From Podarcis cretensis (taxonomy: Eukaryota): a stretch of DNA of 64,000 nucleotides. The notes below the pieces were generated by a model, which saw only the letters and a program-made list of their open reading frames with translations, did no database searches and had not been told where the DNA came from. The first letter of the stretch is position 1. The number at the start of each line of letters is the position of its first letter. Below, piece by piece: positions 13,462 to 27,579 of the stretch. The stretch is taken from positions 46,314,001 to 46,378,000 of the forward strand of contig OX638151.1 of the NCBI GenBank assembly GCA_951804945.1, given 5' to 3'. The position numbers were made by a program, and so were the translations under genes.

Positions 13462-14009
13462 TTAATAGGTGAATAGATAGGCATAAAATTAAGAACTCCT
13501 GTTCTACAACCTCATCTCATTTGCCAGGCCTCAGAAATACTGAGGCAAAAGTTATTAGCTCTACTAAGTTTGTGTGTGCCTGCAGATACGTACTGACATA
13601 CAGAAGCAGCTAAGAATTCTGAGCTGAAAACTCCTCAGCTCACCTATCACATTTCAGTCATAAAATCCCAGAAATAAGGCAGGAATCCACCAAACTCAGA
13701 TTCCACTTCCAGGTCCGCTTCAGAATCAGGATGAGGTGGGGCTGCTATATTGTATTTAAAGTGCTGTGACAAGGAGACCCATGTGCTAGCTGCTCCAGGA
13801 AGTGGACTGATGGATTATCTGTTTTTAAAAGTTTGAAGGGGAGAAGTATCCTTTACAGGAAAATAGGCAGCATGGCAAACTCATAAGAGCTTTTATTTGT
13901 TTATCTTTGTGTTTTTGCATTTTATGGGCATAACAGACATAGTCTTGTCCCCATGCAGAACTAGGAAGTAGTGGATTTTAATAGATTTGCCCATCCCTAA
14001 TCTTTCACT

Positions 14010-14388
14010 AAGGGACGCAGGTGGCGCTGTGGGTTAAAGCCTCAGTGCCTAGGGCTTGCCGATCGAAAGGTCGGCGGTTCGAATCCCTGCGGCGGGGTGC
14101 GCTCCCGCTGCTCAGTCCCAGCGCCTGCCAACCTAGCAGTTCGAAAGCACCTCCGGGTGCAAGTAGATAAATAGGGACCGCTTACCAGCGGGAAGGTAAA
14201 CGGCGTTTCCGTGTGCGGCTCTGGCTCTGGCTCTGGCTCTGGCCAGAGCAGCGATGTCACGCTGGCCACGTGACCCGGAAGTGTCTCCGGACAGCGCTGG
14301 CCCCTGGCCTCTTAAGTGAGATGGGCGCACAACCCCAGAGTCTGTCAAGACTGGCCCGTACAGGCAGGGGTACCTTTACCTTTACCTT
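14010..14388 (+). mobile_element. Sauria SINE, full length, young
   Basis: GGGACGCAGGTGGCGCTGTGG head, (TCTGGC)4 internal repeat, (ACCTTT)n tail, TSD TAATCTTTCACT. Confidence 0.92.
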
Positions 14389-17048
14389 TAATCTTTCACT
14401 GTTCTGTGAGGAGAACAATTCTTAACACATATATGCAAGAAATTGGTTCTTTAAATATCCTGGTGCACAGACCTTTAGTGCTTTATTGGTAATTATCAAC
14501 ATGTTGAATTGGGCAGTTGGGCTCAGAAATGGAGCCATTAACAATTACATAATACTGCTGTTATATATGTGTCTGCAGTATTTGGTACCAGCTGAAATTT
14601 CTGACCACAGATCTGCCTTTTCCAGGAAACAGTTTGGGCAAGGGCCTAAGCAAAGCATAAGTGTTCATGGCCACAGCCACTATCTAGTAAAACAGGAACA
14701 GAGCCAGGTCCAGAAACACTCAAGCTGCAAACTAACCCTTCAAAAGGAGTACAATCTACCCACAATATGCTGTACACTTGCCCCTAGATCAGCTTTTCAA
14801 TCAGTCCAAAGCATTCTCTCTCATCTAGGTTAAGCCTCAGTTAATTGAACAGCAATAGACTGAAAATAACACAGTTTAGGTTACAACTAATTTTACTCTT
14901 TACTTCCCACCTAAGGTATGTATCAAGCAATTAAAGCTAATATATGCCAAGTCTCATAAATATGTGATCAGCAACTTAAATATATGCCAACATCTGCCCC
15001 TTGTCAATGCTGAAAGTCAAGCTAACACAGACTGAATCCTAAATCGAGAACACCTTAAAGATTTCTACTGCAAGTGTTATTTGCATCTCAATGAGAGCTC
15101 TCAAAACATTTCTCTCATTTCCAAGGCTCTGAGACATCCTGCCTCTCTACATAGAGTACTCAGCAGTTCAGTTATTCCAACCCAGCAGTCACTTGGAACA
15201 GACAAGGTTAGGCAGTGTTAAGCTCTGTGACCCCTCCAGTTAAGGGCTCCCGCTGTTGAGTTGTCACCTCCCTTGTTTAAGTTGTAAAATTCACACTTTT
15301 TGAAACTTGTCTGCCACATGACAGATTAAGTGAACTTCCGGGGGACAACCATAGATGGCTCATGCCTTGTTTTCTCCAAGATTGGTTAAAAATATGCAGA
15401 ACTCAATAAAAATAAAAAGAGAAGTGTGAACAGGCATGGGAAGGAGGTTAAGATGGTTCACCTGGTGAGATCAGTGTATTAAACTATAATAGGGAGAGAT
15501 TATATGTTGGCAGAGCCCACAAAGGTACAAATATTTTTCTGTAATTTGGATTTCTGGGGGATAGGGCAGTATAGCTTCAATTTCAAATAGTTTTCCTGCA
15601 TATGAATACAGAAAGAGCCGGGTTAGGTATAAATGAAAAACAAACCCCAAAATTTAAATGCCAGAAACTAAACACAAGTAATTAAATTCTAATAGGATGA
15701 AATCAGTAACTGCATTTAAAATGTTAATTTATGTATTAGAGTCAAGAAAAGTGGAGGGTAAAGTAAAAGCATATTGATTACATAATCAAACTAATAAGTC
15801 AACAACTTGGTTCTCAGCCGATTTTACAAATTAATATAAGCACCTGAATAGTATTTATACGTAGGAGATGAGTAGATTGTAAATGTGTGATCACACAAAT
15901 ACTTGTCCCATATATTAAGTCAGATTTGTCTTACTTCCACAACAATTCATAGTGGTGGAATTTTAAAGTAACATGATACCATCATTTGCAACAGCCGTAG
16001 TTTCCAATCTCCACGCTGCCATGCCGGGGGAGGGAGGAGGTTTGTGCAAGTAAAATTTAACTATGTTTTAATGTTATATACCAAACAAGCAATTATCCTG
16101 TTTTTTGTTTTGCTGAACAAATATTTGTTTCGTGTTACTTCTCAACCCAGCCAATAGTGAGCGGATACAAAGCAAGGCAGTCTAGGGCTAGACAGGGCCA
16201 GACCATGCATGAGGCAAAATGAGACAACTGTTTTGGGTGTCAGGATCCACAAGGGCAGCAGATCTGAGCTCCAGGAATGCATTGTACACTGCTACTGCCT
16301 CAGGGGCAGCAACGGATGCAACAGACTCCTTGGAGGCCAGATCTGCTGCCTCCTTGGCAGTCCCCCTTCCAGTCCTGCTTCAATAGTGGCCTCTCAATGA
16401 ATAGGAGGTGCTGCTGGTCTCCTCCCACCCCTGTGGAGGAAATGGCAGGGACTGCCTTGGGGGGGGGGGTCTTCCAGGCTCTGCACCCACCCAGCATGAT
16501 TCAGAGTGGGTGCCTTCCTCCCCACAACCCATGACAGCCTTTGATCTCTACTTCTACAGTCTGGGTAGGTTGACTGGATTCCCCGCTTTGTTGCCAATAC
16601 TGATCTTCGCTCACCCCTTTTATTTCTGATGTTGATATTATTTTCCTCTCTCCTTGTTCCTGGTGCAGATGTTCATTTACCCCTTTTTCCCTGGCCGATG
16701 GCTCATTTTGTGGTTTGCCTCAGGTGCCAAAATGTCTTGGGCTGGCCCAGCTTCCAATTGTTACTGGGCTACAACTCCAATCATTCCTAAGCCATGCACC
16801 AGAAATTATAGTTGATAAGTGGGAGTAAAGTGTGCCTATTGTAGTTGTAGCTGTGATCTTGAAAATAGCTTTGCCATGGTCCTCCTGACACACTGGTCAG
16901 TGCATCTCTGCACTAGCAGTACTCTGCTCTGTTGTACTTGGGTGATAGGAAAAAGCATTACCAGGACTCCTGACTTCTTCGTTTAGCTATTATGCATTAT
17001 TTCTGCTAATATTACTACTACTTTGCTCCTTTCCTGAAGCAAACAAAG

Positions 17049-17051
<3 letters not shown>

Positions 17052-17092
<41 letters not shown>

Positions 17093-17370
17093 TAATTAAT
17101 TAAAGATTGTCTTGTTTTACAGAGGTAAGTGTAATGTCTCTCGTATTTTTTCTATGTAACATTTTTACAAATCCGTTTCATTTGTTGAGACATTAGGGGG
17201 AGGGGAAAAAAGGGGTGGAGGGAAGGAAGATGGGTGGGGGTGGGGTCGGGTGGCGATGTTTCTATTATGCATAATGTATGTAGGCTTTGGTGTCAGCATT
17301 GCTTGTGCTGTTCACTTGTGTTCCTTTGGTGGTGAGAGAGGTTGGGGTTGGCCTAGGGTGTGGTGAAGCA
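17052..17370 (-). repeat. (AT)n microsatellite next to a probable L1-like 3' UTR fragment
   Basis: About 18 AT units followed by T-rich and G-rich tracts typical of reversed lizard L1 3' ends. Confidence 0.5.
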
Positions 17371-20300
17371 AACAAAGTTAAGTAACAATATTGCTCTGCG
17401 CAGGGGCTTCTCTCTGGCATTGGTGTCATACAGCAAGAGACTGGTATTTGCCTAGTGCAGAACCAACTACCAACACTAGAGCAAAGGAGACAAGATACAA
17501 AATTGCACAAGATGACGCACCTTGGCTGTGAGTCCTAGACCACCTGCTCCCTGCCTTGCAAGCATTTTTCACCTGTCTTGGGAAAGTGGGGCCCTGACTG
17601 ACTCCAGCTGATGAGGTTGAGGCTGATGAACAGACTCTTGAGCTGGGGAACTGGTTAGGGTTTTTTGTTGGAGAATTGTTGCCGTTATTCACACTATTTT
17701 TTGTATCTTTATCTTTAGACCTTATTAGGATTTATGTAGAAATTGTTCAGTTTGGTTGCGTCCTTTCTGATGTGTTTTATTTATTGTTTTGACTACTTTT
17801 GTTATATTTATGATTACATTTTTTCATGTTGTAAGCTGCCTTGGTTTTTACTATGGAAAGGTAGTATACAAATAAATTATGTATGTATAGTCTTGTTACA
17901 CCTCCCTTTATCATTTGAGCTGTGTATTTTGCCTCCAGATTTAGAAAGCTGTTGCTTTCTCAATAGTTTAAAAATCCATAGAGAAGTTAAAAACTCCATG
18001 GCCTAATCAGCTGAGACAAAATTAGTTCGGGTAATGATGTTCTTAAAAGCAATGAGCCAAAAACGCTACAAGAGATATGGCACAGTTGCATCAGATGATC
18101 AGCATTTAACTATTTATGGAAAGTCTGACTGAAATGAAGCAAGAGAGTATTCACTATAGTGAATATATGTATTCATTATAAAGTTAGATATCTGAGCAAA
18201 ACCTGACCTTTATTTTTGAATGCACTTGGAAATCTCTGAATTCAGGGTGCCAGGAAGCAAGAAATGTATTATTATCATTATTACGATGATTATTATTTAT
18301 TATTACTATTAAAATTTATATATCACTCTATATCCACAGGTCTCAGGGCGGTTCACAGGATAAAAGTGTATCATGGTTTTAGAAGAAGTCGTACAAGAAT
18401 TCTGCTTGTGTAATGTTCCTACCAGTGGGGGGAGGGTATGGGATTTACTGACTCCCCTTTTCAACAGCATGATGATCTGGTCAGAGGAACCATATGAATG
18501 ATTCTCCAGCTCATGTGCTCCCTGCCACACTCCTCCAGCACAAATGTGAAAACAAATGCATCCTCTTTTATTTTTAGCAAAGTGTTTTATTGCTACATCA
18601 CAATGGAAATAACAAGCCTATATGGTTTCTGATCCAAATTTGTACAGGCAAACTACAATTAAAAATAACTGCAGCTCCTGGTCTAAATGGGGAGGGGGGA
18701 CAGAAGCAGTGGGGGGGGGGAGGTTCATGCTTATAAAGCTAAACTATGGTTTAGTATTATTTTTTCTGTATTTTCAGAATTAAATGGAATGTAGATGCAT
18801 ATAAACTGCACTCAGGAATGCTTCACATGTTCATATCCATGATTCATGCTGCATCTTCCATAACATCTATGAGACAGGAACAGGGTGAAGCTGGTACCAA
18901 CAAGCTTTGTCCAACTGGAACGTCTAGATTGTGTGTGCTTATGGCTATGCTTTGGGCAAATAGTGCAGCACTACTGTTAAGTAACTAGAGGAAGCACAAG
19001 GCAAGGGCATCATTTAATTAAGGTGTGCAAGCTCAACTTCAATTACTCTCACCAAAGATCCTCCCTGGAATGGCTGCTGTAAAGGGGAATTTCCCTGCAG
19101 TAACTAATATGTTTAATGAATCATGTGTGCGCATGCCTAATTAATCCTCTGAAACGATTGCCACATCTAATACAGGAAATGCTTCTAATTCAGTCATTAA
19201 TTATCCCTTGCAAGTGATAGTTTCCCTTCAGTAAGTATATTCAATTGTAAGTAAGTGCCTTTTTTTACATGTCATGAGAAACCAAGCTCAGCTTTGCATG
19301 GGCATGAGGACACATCTTGAACATGATCCATTTGGTTAAGATGTCGGTGTGACTCTCTCTGCCATAACTTTGTGATGGAAAACTTAACTGCTGTCACTCA
19401 TGATTCACAATAGTGAAAACACCTTTACAAATTCAGGGCATGTTACCACTCATTGATAAGCCACTTCTTTATCACAGAATTCCAGAGTTTGAAGGAACCC
19501 CAAAAGTCATCCAATCCCCTCCATAAATCAGTCCCCGTATCTCAAAGCTGTTCAGCTTTTGGACATGCCCAAAAGGCTGCTTCATGCTTCTATTCTTAAG
19601 ATGCTCCAACCCCCTGCCAAGTCATTGTGGGAGCTTTCTTCTCTTCTTGTCTAACTTTAGTCATTAGCTCTTCCTCGCACCTCATCCTCATATCCTTACC
19701 TCCAATCTGTATTTGTTATTTTCTTCAGAAAAAGCCTGGACACCTAATAGGAAGACATAAACTGGTATCTTTCCATAGATTAAGTTCTTCTGTTTTGTTT
19801 TGTTTTCACAGTATGAGTTGGGTTCTCAGGAACCCAAAAGAAATACAAGATTTGACTTCTGGGCCAGTTTGCTTGCTACCCCTTTATGATCACAGTTTCG
19901 ACAGGTGGAAAGAAACAGTGGGCACCTATGAAAACCTCTTAACCCAGCTGTAGTGTATCCAAACATTATAGTGAAAACCCACTCTTCTTCTCTGGATTCA
20001 AGAGAAATAAGCACAGTATGCCAGCCCTCTCACTTACCTCCAAATGCCTATGGGGCCTGTGTTCTTTAAAACAATAAACTACTCAATTTTGTCTTAAACC
20101 AATTAAATAACAGTTTTTAAAATGATTGGATTTGCAGTTTAATGTGCTTCTTAATGCGTGCTTCAAAGTGTAGTAAATATTATGCCTGTTTCTGGCTTGA
20201 CTATTTTGACAAAAGGTGACCAAAATAAATTTAACCCCAACCCCAAGATAAAAACAAATTCTCACAAGTGAAGCAGTTCTGACTCCTATTTTAACCTGTT

Positions 20301-21483
20301 CAGATATAGTGGTACTCAAAAACATCTTGCTTATAATAAGTGGGCCAGAAGCATTAGTCCAAGTATCATATGTTGCTTGCAGTATTATGAAGTGGTTAAG
20401 ACTCTCTTCTTTAAACTGGCATTCAAAAGCCTGTGTTAAGCACACATGGAGTAAATCTGTATTTATATTTTTCAAGGCAATCCTACGCATGTCAACTCAA
20501 AAGCAACTTTTACAAAGTTCAATGAGATTTAGTCCCTGATCAGTGCATTTAGGACTGCACATGAAATTGTTTATTTCCCTTAGCACATTACCCTGTCTGG
20601 GCCTTTGGGAAATGGAAGGATTAAAAATGGTCCTAAAGCAGTAAGTCCCAACATCTAATGAATGCATCTTTAATTGCTGGGGACTAGATTGTTGTTTTTT
20701 TTTTTTTTTTTTTGTTTTGGCTTTGTACCTTGCCACATACAGGGTTTTTCTAAGAATTCTGAGACACTACTGAAATTCAATAGGATCCAGACCCCCCTGG
20801 AACTCTTTTAGAACATGTAACAACTGTCCTTCTCAGAGCACACTGCAGAAAGACATTCTTAAACTTCTATTCACAAGGAGAGACTGGGCTAAATGTTTCA
20901 GCTCAGGGACCAATTACTCAGCAGCAACATTTGCGGCAGAGGGTGAATCTCATACTGCTAAGGGTAGTTCCACTGCTTTCTCAACCAAAAACATAATTTC
21001 TACATGGCATTCACTCTCTCTGTGTGTTCTCTGTCATTAGAACAGCAAATGAGACTTTTCATGGAAGCAATAAGAATCTACCAAAGACCTCAAAATTAAA
21101 AGAGGAAGTTGAAAATATATTGCAAGAGACTATGGGTCAACACACACTTAGACTGAGCTTATATACAACACTGCATCATTGATTTTTTTCTTTGAACAAC
21201 AACAAAAATCAATGTTGCAAAATATGTGCTTCTGTGTTATCTTGGTAATAAACAGATTTTTGTGTGAAAGTGAGAAGAATATGACTTCATAATTCATCAG
21301 CCTGTTATGAAATGTGTTGAGCAAAACTATAGAAAAATGGATTATTCCACTTTAGGATTGATGTAATATAATTGTTTTGAGAAATCTATACAGCACCTAG
21401 AAGACCAAACGTTGTGTTGAAAAGTGCTTTAGTATCAGAAATATGTTCTCAGTTAAGGCATCTTCCCAAGCCATTACTTGAAG

Positions 21484-22390
21484 AAAACCACTGGCTGCAC
21501 AGGTGGTGTCATCAGGAATGATTTGGCTTCTTGGATCATGATCTCTGCTTCCTTGAGGTAGGACTTCTGCGAGAGATGGGCTGCACCTCACAGCATTTGG
21601 CAAGAATGTGTTTGTCAAGAGTCTTGAGAATCTTTAAACTAGATCTTGAGTGGGAGGGATAAAACAATATGAATGACAAAAGAGCAGCTGGCACTGGGGA
21701 TAATAGCGTCACTGATGCACTGAAAACTGAGGTGGTGCTCCAGAAACCTGCTAAAGGGCAAAAACTACAGGGAGGAAGGAAGCAGTTGCAGGGAACAACT
21801 CGTAGTTTCAGTTGTCTCTACACAAATGCACAGAGTATGGGAAACAAACAAGATGAACTGGAGCTTTTAACATAGGATGGCAAATACGACCTGGCAGGCA
21901 TTACTGAAATCTGGTGGGATGAGACTCATGACTGGAGTGAAGGAATTGAGAGGCACAACCTGTTCAAAAGGAATAGACCAAACAGAAAGGGAGGAGTAGC
22001 ATTGTATATAAAGGATGTGTACACTTGTGAAGAAATCCATGGCCTGGAGCATGAAAAGCAGATTGAAAGTATATGGGTAAAAACTGTAGGAGAGAGAAAG
22101 AATAGTGACCTTACTGTGGGTGTCTGCTACAGACTGCCAAGACAGACTGAAGACTTGGATAATGCCTTACTAGAGCAGATTAGCAAACATTCAAAAAGGA
22201 GAGAAATAGTAATCATGTGGGACTTCAACTTCCCCAAGAGTGCAAGGTCTGAAAAATTCCTCCATTGCATCGCTGACAATTTAAACAGAGGTTGGATGGC
22301 CATCTGCCATGGATGCTTTAGCTGAGATTCCGGCATTAAAGGGGTTGGACTAGATGACCCTTGAGGTCCCTTCCAACTCGATTCTATGAT
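21484..22390 (+). mobile_element. Internally deleted CR1 LINE (ORF1 esterase end, endonuclease N-terminus, then 3' end)
   Basis: FGFLDH and RDGLHLT (CR1 ORF1); CLYTNAQSMGNKQDELE, ESIWVK, GVCYR and DFNFP (APE endonuclease); jumps at about 22280 to the CR1 3' UTR ending TTCCAACTCGATTCTATGAT. Confidence 0.88.
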
Positions 22391-24109
22391 CATGTAATTG
22401 AATTAGCTAGACCCTTGTATTCTAACTTTAGTTTATGGGGTTCATATATTGTACATCCCTGGTAAATGAAGCAGATAATGGGTGACAGTGCAGCGCAAGG
22501 GTCTTTGCCAGATGATTCCCACTGCAGCAGGAGGATTCTCAGCTGAAAGGCACTCAGAATGCCTTTAAAGTATGATGGATGCTTATCTTTCCATTAACCC
22601 AGTAGGAATTGAGGCTTTTCAAACATTCCATTCAAACATCATGTTCGTTTTTATGAGACCATGCTATTCTAAGAGCCCAGTTTATACATAAAACTAAACC
22701 AAACTATGGGTTAGCAAAAACACACCGGTGTGAAAGTTCTGACAAGAGTTTGCAGCTGCCAGGCTCCCTCCTTGGACCTTCTGCTTGGCTTCACATTTTA
22801 TCCAAACTCAGGCTTCTGGTTTTGTCTCCTGCAGCAAATCATGAGCTGCAAACCTAACAAAATGAAAACATACCACAAATCTCTAGATATAATAAATGGT
22901 TTATCCCATCAGAAAACCAAAGGAACAATAGGGACCCAGGGAAGCTTCCCACTGATTCTCATTGTTCCTCTGGGTTTCTGAAGGCATAAACCACTTATTA
23001 CATCCAGAGATTTCTTGTGTGTTTTTATTTTGTTGTTTGGTTTATAGGAATTATTTGTCAGTTTATTAAAGACTAATCCTAAACACACTTATTTAGATGT
23101 AAATCCCCTTGAAATGGACACACTTTGAGGCTCAGACACATCCTTTCTGTCATTAGACCCTCTGACAGAGACCACACTGAAAATTTTGGTACCTATCACC
23201 TAGACTTAGAATGTACAGGAGTGGTAAATTTTATTTAATTCAATAATGTTGTTTAAACTACAATAAATTAACCTTTATTATATATTTATTATTTTTATTG
23301 CTGTGATTTTATTATACATTATCTTTTTATAGCATTTATGTTCTCTGGGCAGATCATAAATTTAAATAAATAAAATACCAATTAAATCAAGGCAAAAACT
23401 GCACCAGAACAGAAATTAGCATAAAACTAGCATGAAACCACATGAGGCAGCATAAGATCAATAAAACAGCAGTTTTTAAATTGCTTTAAGCTGCTTTGGA
23501 GGGATTGCTGAATGGCATAGTAGACAATTTAAAAACAAAAACTAGAACTGGAAGTTTACTCACATTCAGCTTGTTACAGAATGAGTAAAGCATGCCTTTG
23601 GATAAATGCTCATTTAGGCTGCGACAAAGAGACAGTTTCCAGAAATGATAAATGGCTGGCTGTGGAACAGCTAGTCATGGAGCTTATTAAAGGGGAGGTA
23701 ACCCTGGACCCAATCCCAGGTGGTGCCTAGCATATGGTATGAGATCAGGGCTGTAGCCAGATCAAGGTCAGGAGTGTGCGGCCCCACCTAGAGAACCGGT
23801 GTACCCTACCTAGGATTTTTAAGTTGTTCCACTACAATTTTCATTTAAGGAATGAAAGCTTGTTATGAAAAGGAAAAGCTGGTTGCAAGTTTGCTAGTGT
23901 GTCCCATCCCGCCCCCTACCCAAAACACATAAATTGATGATAAAACAAGATCTGAAAATAATGCTGAAAAACATTAAACATAAATTTCTTGAAATGCACA
24001 AAAAGCAAAGGGGACAGCAGCACCTGACACCCCCAACTCTTAAATTTAAAGACAGTCCTCCTGATCAGAAACAGGAAGTAATCTAGGGAAGCTGGCAGAT
24101 CATTTAGAC

Positions 24110-24245
24110 CAGTGTTTCCCAACCTTGGGCCTCCAGCTGTTTTTGAACTACAATTCCCATCATCCCTGACCATTGGTCTTGCTAGCTGGGGATGATGGGA
24201 GATGTAGTCCAAAAACAGCTGGAGGCCCAAGGTTGGGAAACAATG
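24110..24245. mobile_element. hAT hairpin MITE
   Basis: Long near-perfect inverted arms CAGTGTTTCCCAACCTTGGGCCTCCAGCTGTTTTTG. Degenerate relatives at about 4050-4168 and 54930-55062. Confidence 0.8.
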
Positions 24246-26241
24246 AACAAGCAAAGGAGAATGCGGTAATTTGCAGACAAGAACGAATTACTTCCATCAG
24301 CTGTTGGACAGATACCCACTCCTGAACTGCTGGGAAAAGAGAGCAAGTCAAATTGTGATAAAAGGAGTTGAGATGAATATTAATGTAATAGTCATTTAAA
24401 AAAAAAAAAAAAGAATATTACATACTTGTAAGACTAACATCTGTTCCAGAGAAATTGATGGAAAGCATTATTGAAACTTCCAAAGTAGTAGCAGTGTCAG
24501 TCTGTTGCTGTAAAGACAGCAAAGGATCAAATTAGACATGTCTTTAACCATGTCCTTGCATCTCAAGCTTCAATTTTTCCTTCTTTTTTAACTCTTTCCT
24601 CTTATGCTATTTTACCTCTTGTATGTTCTCTTTCTCTCCCCCTCCCCCCTTTATTGAACAGCAGCTTTGGGGCCATGTAACAGCTTCAGGAGGAGTAATT
24701 TCCACAAAGGAAAGAACTTAGCTAATTCACACTGTCTGAAAAAGTATGCAAACAGAAGCACAGCTATCCTTTGAAATTGTCACTTCTCCAAATTTTGCAG
24801 TTCTAAGGCCAAGTAATATATTCAAAAATGCATAAACTGGGGTTAAAGTCTGCATACAAATGCATGTATTAGTGAAAACAATAAGCAAATGTAAATTATA
24901 TTAAGAAACTTACATTTTAGGAGAAATATGCTATTGTTTTGCAGCTTATGTCTGATGGAGACAAACTACAAGCCTGGGTCTAATAGACACACTGCTCACT
25001 GCTCAATTCACAGGAGTGCAGCAGCAACAGACCAGAGGAAGAATGAAGCGGTCATGATCTATCTCCTCAAGGTAACCCACACATTTGCACTAACCATGGT
25101 TTGGCTTCATGCTACATGTGAATTAAGTAAATTAATTAATTAAGTAAATAAAGGAAGTTTCACATACATGTTCATGATATATTCAAATGTCAAAAGGTGC
25201 AGCTATAAGTCTGAGAGGGCCTCAAATTCATCTAAATCCAAAGCCTTTCAGGTGAGGCAAAACATATCAACATACCCCAATAATGGAATAGCAAAAGGAA
25301 ACATGAGCTAAAAAAAACCCCTAAACCTAAAACCAAGTAGCATTCTGTGCTGTGGAAACACATCTATTAATTCATTCTCTCTTTTTTTATAAAAAGAAAG
25401 AAAGGTAATTCAGAACTGTTTGCTATACCTTTGGATTCTAAAAATAATATTTGATATTTGTTCTTCCTTTCAATGCAGTGACAAGAAGATAACTCAGCCT
25501 TTCATTTGCTTTCTTTTTCAGATGATAGGATTGATGCTGCCCACACCACAATATTTTTTTTAAAAAAAGGAAGCCCACCCATCTATGAGAGAAAAAGCTT
25601 TTCAGTTTTTGCAGAGAACGTAAATCAAGCTGTCACAAGCTGCCTTAATTTATTTGTACAGCAGAATTATAATACAGCAGAAAACAGCTTACTGTAATGT
25701 AAATAAAGACTTGCATGCACTGCTAACAGGACAAGTTTATTTAATATAATATATTGCACTAACTCATCATTGCTACCTTTCAGTTTGTACTTCTATGGTA
25801 ACGAACAGTTATAACAAACAGAACCCTTGTGTAAAAATCCAATATGCATTCAGCAAGCACCCAGTTGTGGTGTTTTATTTCTACTAAAAACGATTCAATA
25901 CTATTTCCTATGTTACTTTATAAGCTATTTTAAATCAAACTTTTCCTTTTTAAATCCCACACTTTAACAGTGAATTACTATCAATGTTTACTCAGAAGTT
26001 AACTCCCATAGTATCTGATGGGGTGAACTCCCTGGTAAAACTAGGCTCAGTATGGAATCTTAAATATCTAAGTTCATGCAAAATTAGTTTGCATATGCCT
26101 GTTTTCACAATATATAATCTACAAATTAATGTATTAGGGAGTGGAGGGTATAAAATCAAGCAATCCTCTTCTGTACTTCAAAGGCTACAAGACTGGGCAC
26201 CTGTTTACTATACATCAGTTTTAGCAATGGGCTAGCAGAGA

Positions 26242-26511
26242 CAGAGACATTACCTTGCCAACAAAGGTCTGTATAGTTAAAGCTATGGTTTTCCCAGTAG
26301 TAATGTATGGAAGTGAAAGCTGGACCATAAAAAAGGCTGATCGCCGAAGAATTGATGCTTTTGAATTATGGTGCTGGAGGAGACTCTTGAGAGTCCCATG
26401 GACTGCAAGAAGATCAAACCTATCCATTCATAAGGAAATCAGCCCTGAATGCTAACTGGAAGGACAGATCCTGAAGCTCAGGCTCCAATACTTTGGCCAT
26501 CTCATGAGAAG
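26242..26511 (+). mobile_element. BovB (RTE) LINE ORF fragment
   Basis: RDITLPTKVCIVKAMVFPVVMYGSESWTIKKADRRRIDAFELWCWRRLLRVPWTARRSN, the characteristic BovB C-terminal sequence. Confidence 0.92.
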
Positions 26512-27579
26512 GGGGAGAAATGTTGCATGGGGGGAAATGTTGAATCATTCTGTTCAGCAAGGAACTCTCAGTGCCTTTCTAGATGACTAGTCCCCTACCC
26601 TTAAGCAGAGTGAGACTGTGTGTCCTTACCAGCTCATGTTTTTAAAAGTCACTTAAGTTCCCTAATAAACTTTAGAAAATTAATTAACATACCAGAAAGG
26701 CTTTACAATAGGTACAATAGGCTATAGTGTGAAGGAGACAGGAAAGCCCTGTGTAAGCAGAACTCTCCTTATGAGTCTTTCAGTCAGTGCCAATGCTTTT
26801 CAAACGCAATTATTTTCAAGTCAATTTCGACATCTGATTAATGTTTTCTATATTTAGAGTGATCACAATACATGATCACTGGCCCATGAACTTTGGTTTG
26901 CAAGAACAATGTTGGATGCCAAGCATACAGGGAAATGATTGAAAATTTGCTATTGGTTCTCCAGATTGTGATAGGACACCAGTGTGACACCGAGTGTTGC
27001 ATGTGCGTAAACATTTTTACCTTGTGTAAAATGATCCTGCCCCCTTCCGGCAAGTTTTTGCACTCCGTGGTAAAAGGGTGACAAATTGTTTGTAACACAG
27101 CAAAAGCTCATGAATTCAGCAAATGCACCCCTACTGCTGAAATGAAAAGGCCAATGGTCCCTCAGGTTCGGAGAGGCATCCAAAAGCACAGCCCATTAAA
27201 AGTAATGAGATGCGCAGGAACAACATCCGCATGCAAATGTTGTTCTGGCATCAACAAAGATGCATATTTACATGTCCATCCCAGTTGTCTCAGAAATTGA
27301 GATCCCTCCCTCCACCTCTCTTACCACAGATAACAGATGAGAGCTACAAACGGGCATGATGGAAAGTTGACAGATTTTCCGCCAACAACTTCAAACACAA
27401 AAAGTAATTGCAACTTTTGCAGCACAAAAATAAAGCAGGAAAGAACACACACATTATATATATATATGGGCAGAGGAAATGTGATAATAGAATAAGATAC
27501 ATAGTAAGACAGTAAGAGATTGTAACTGAAAAACTGAGCCACATTACTTGTTATCTGTACATTTTTTTTATTTATAAAT

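Noticed and set aside
14012-14090. tRNA-like A and B boxes
   Set aside because: These are SINE heads, not complete tRNA cloverleaves.
20296-20430. 135-nt open, splice-bounded segment (AFECQFKEESLNHF...), and a similar one at 38588-38751
   Set aside because: Weak splice sites, no recognisable protein similarity and no consistent exon chain; not called as CDS.
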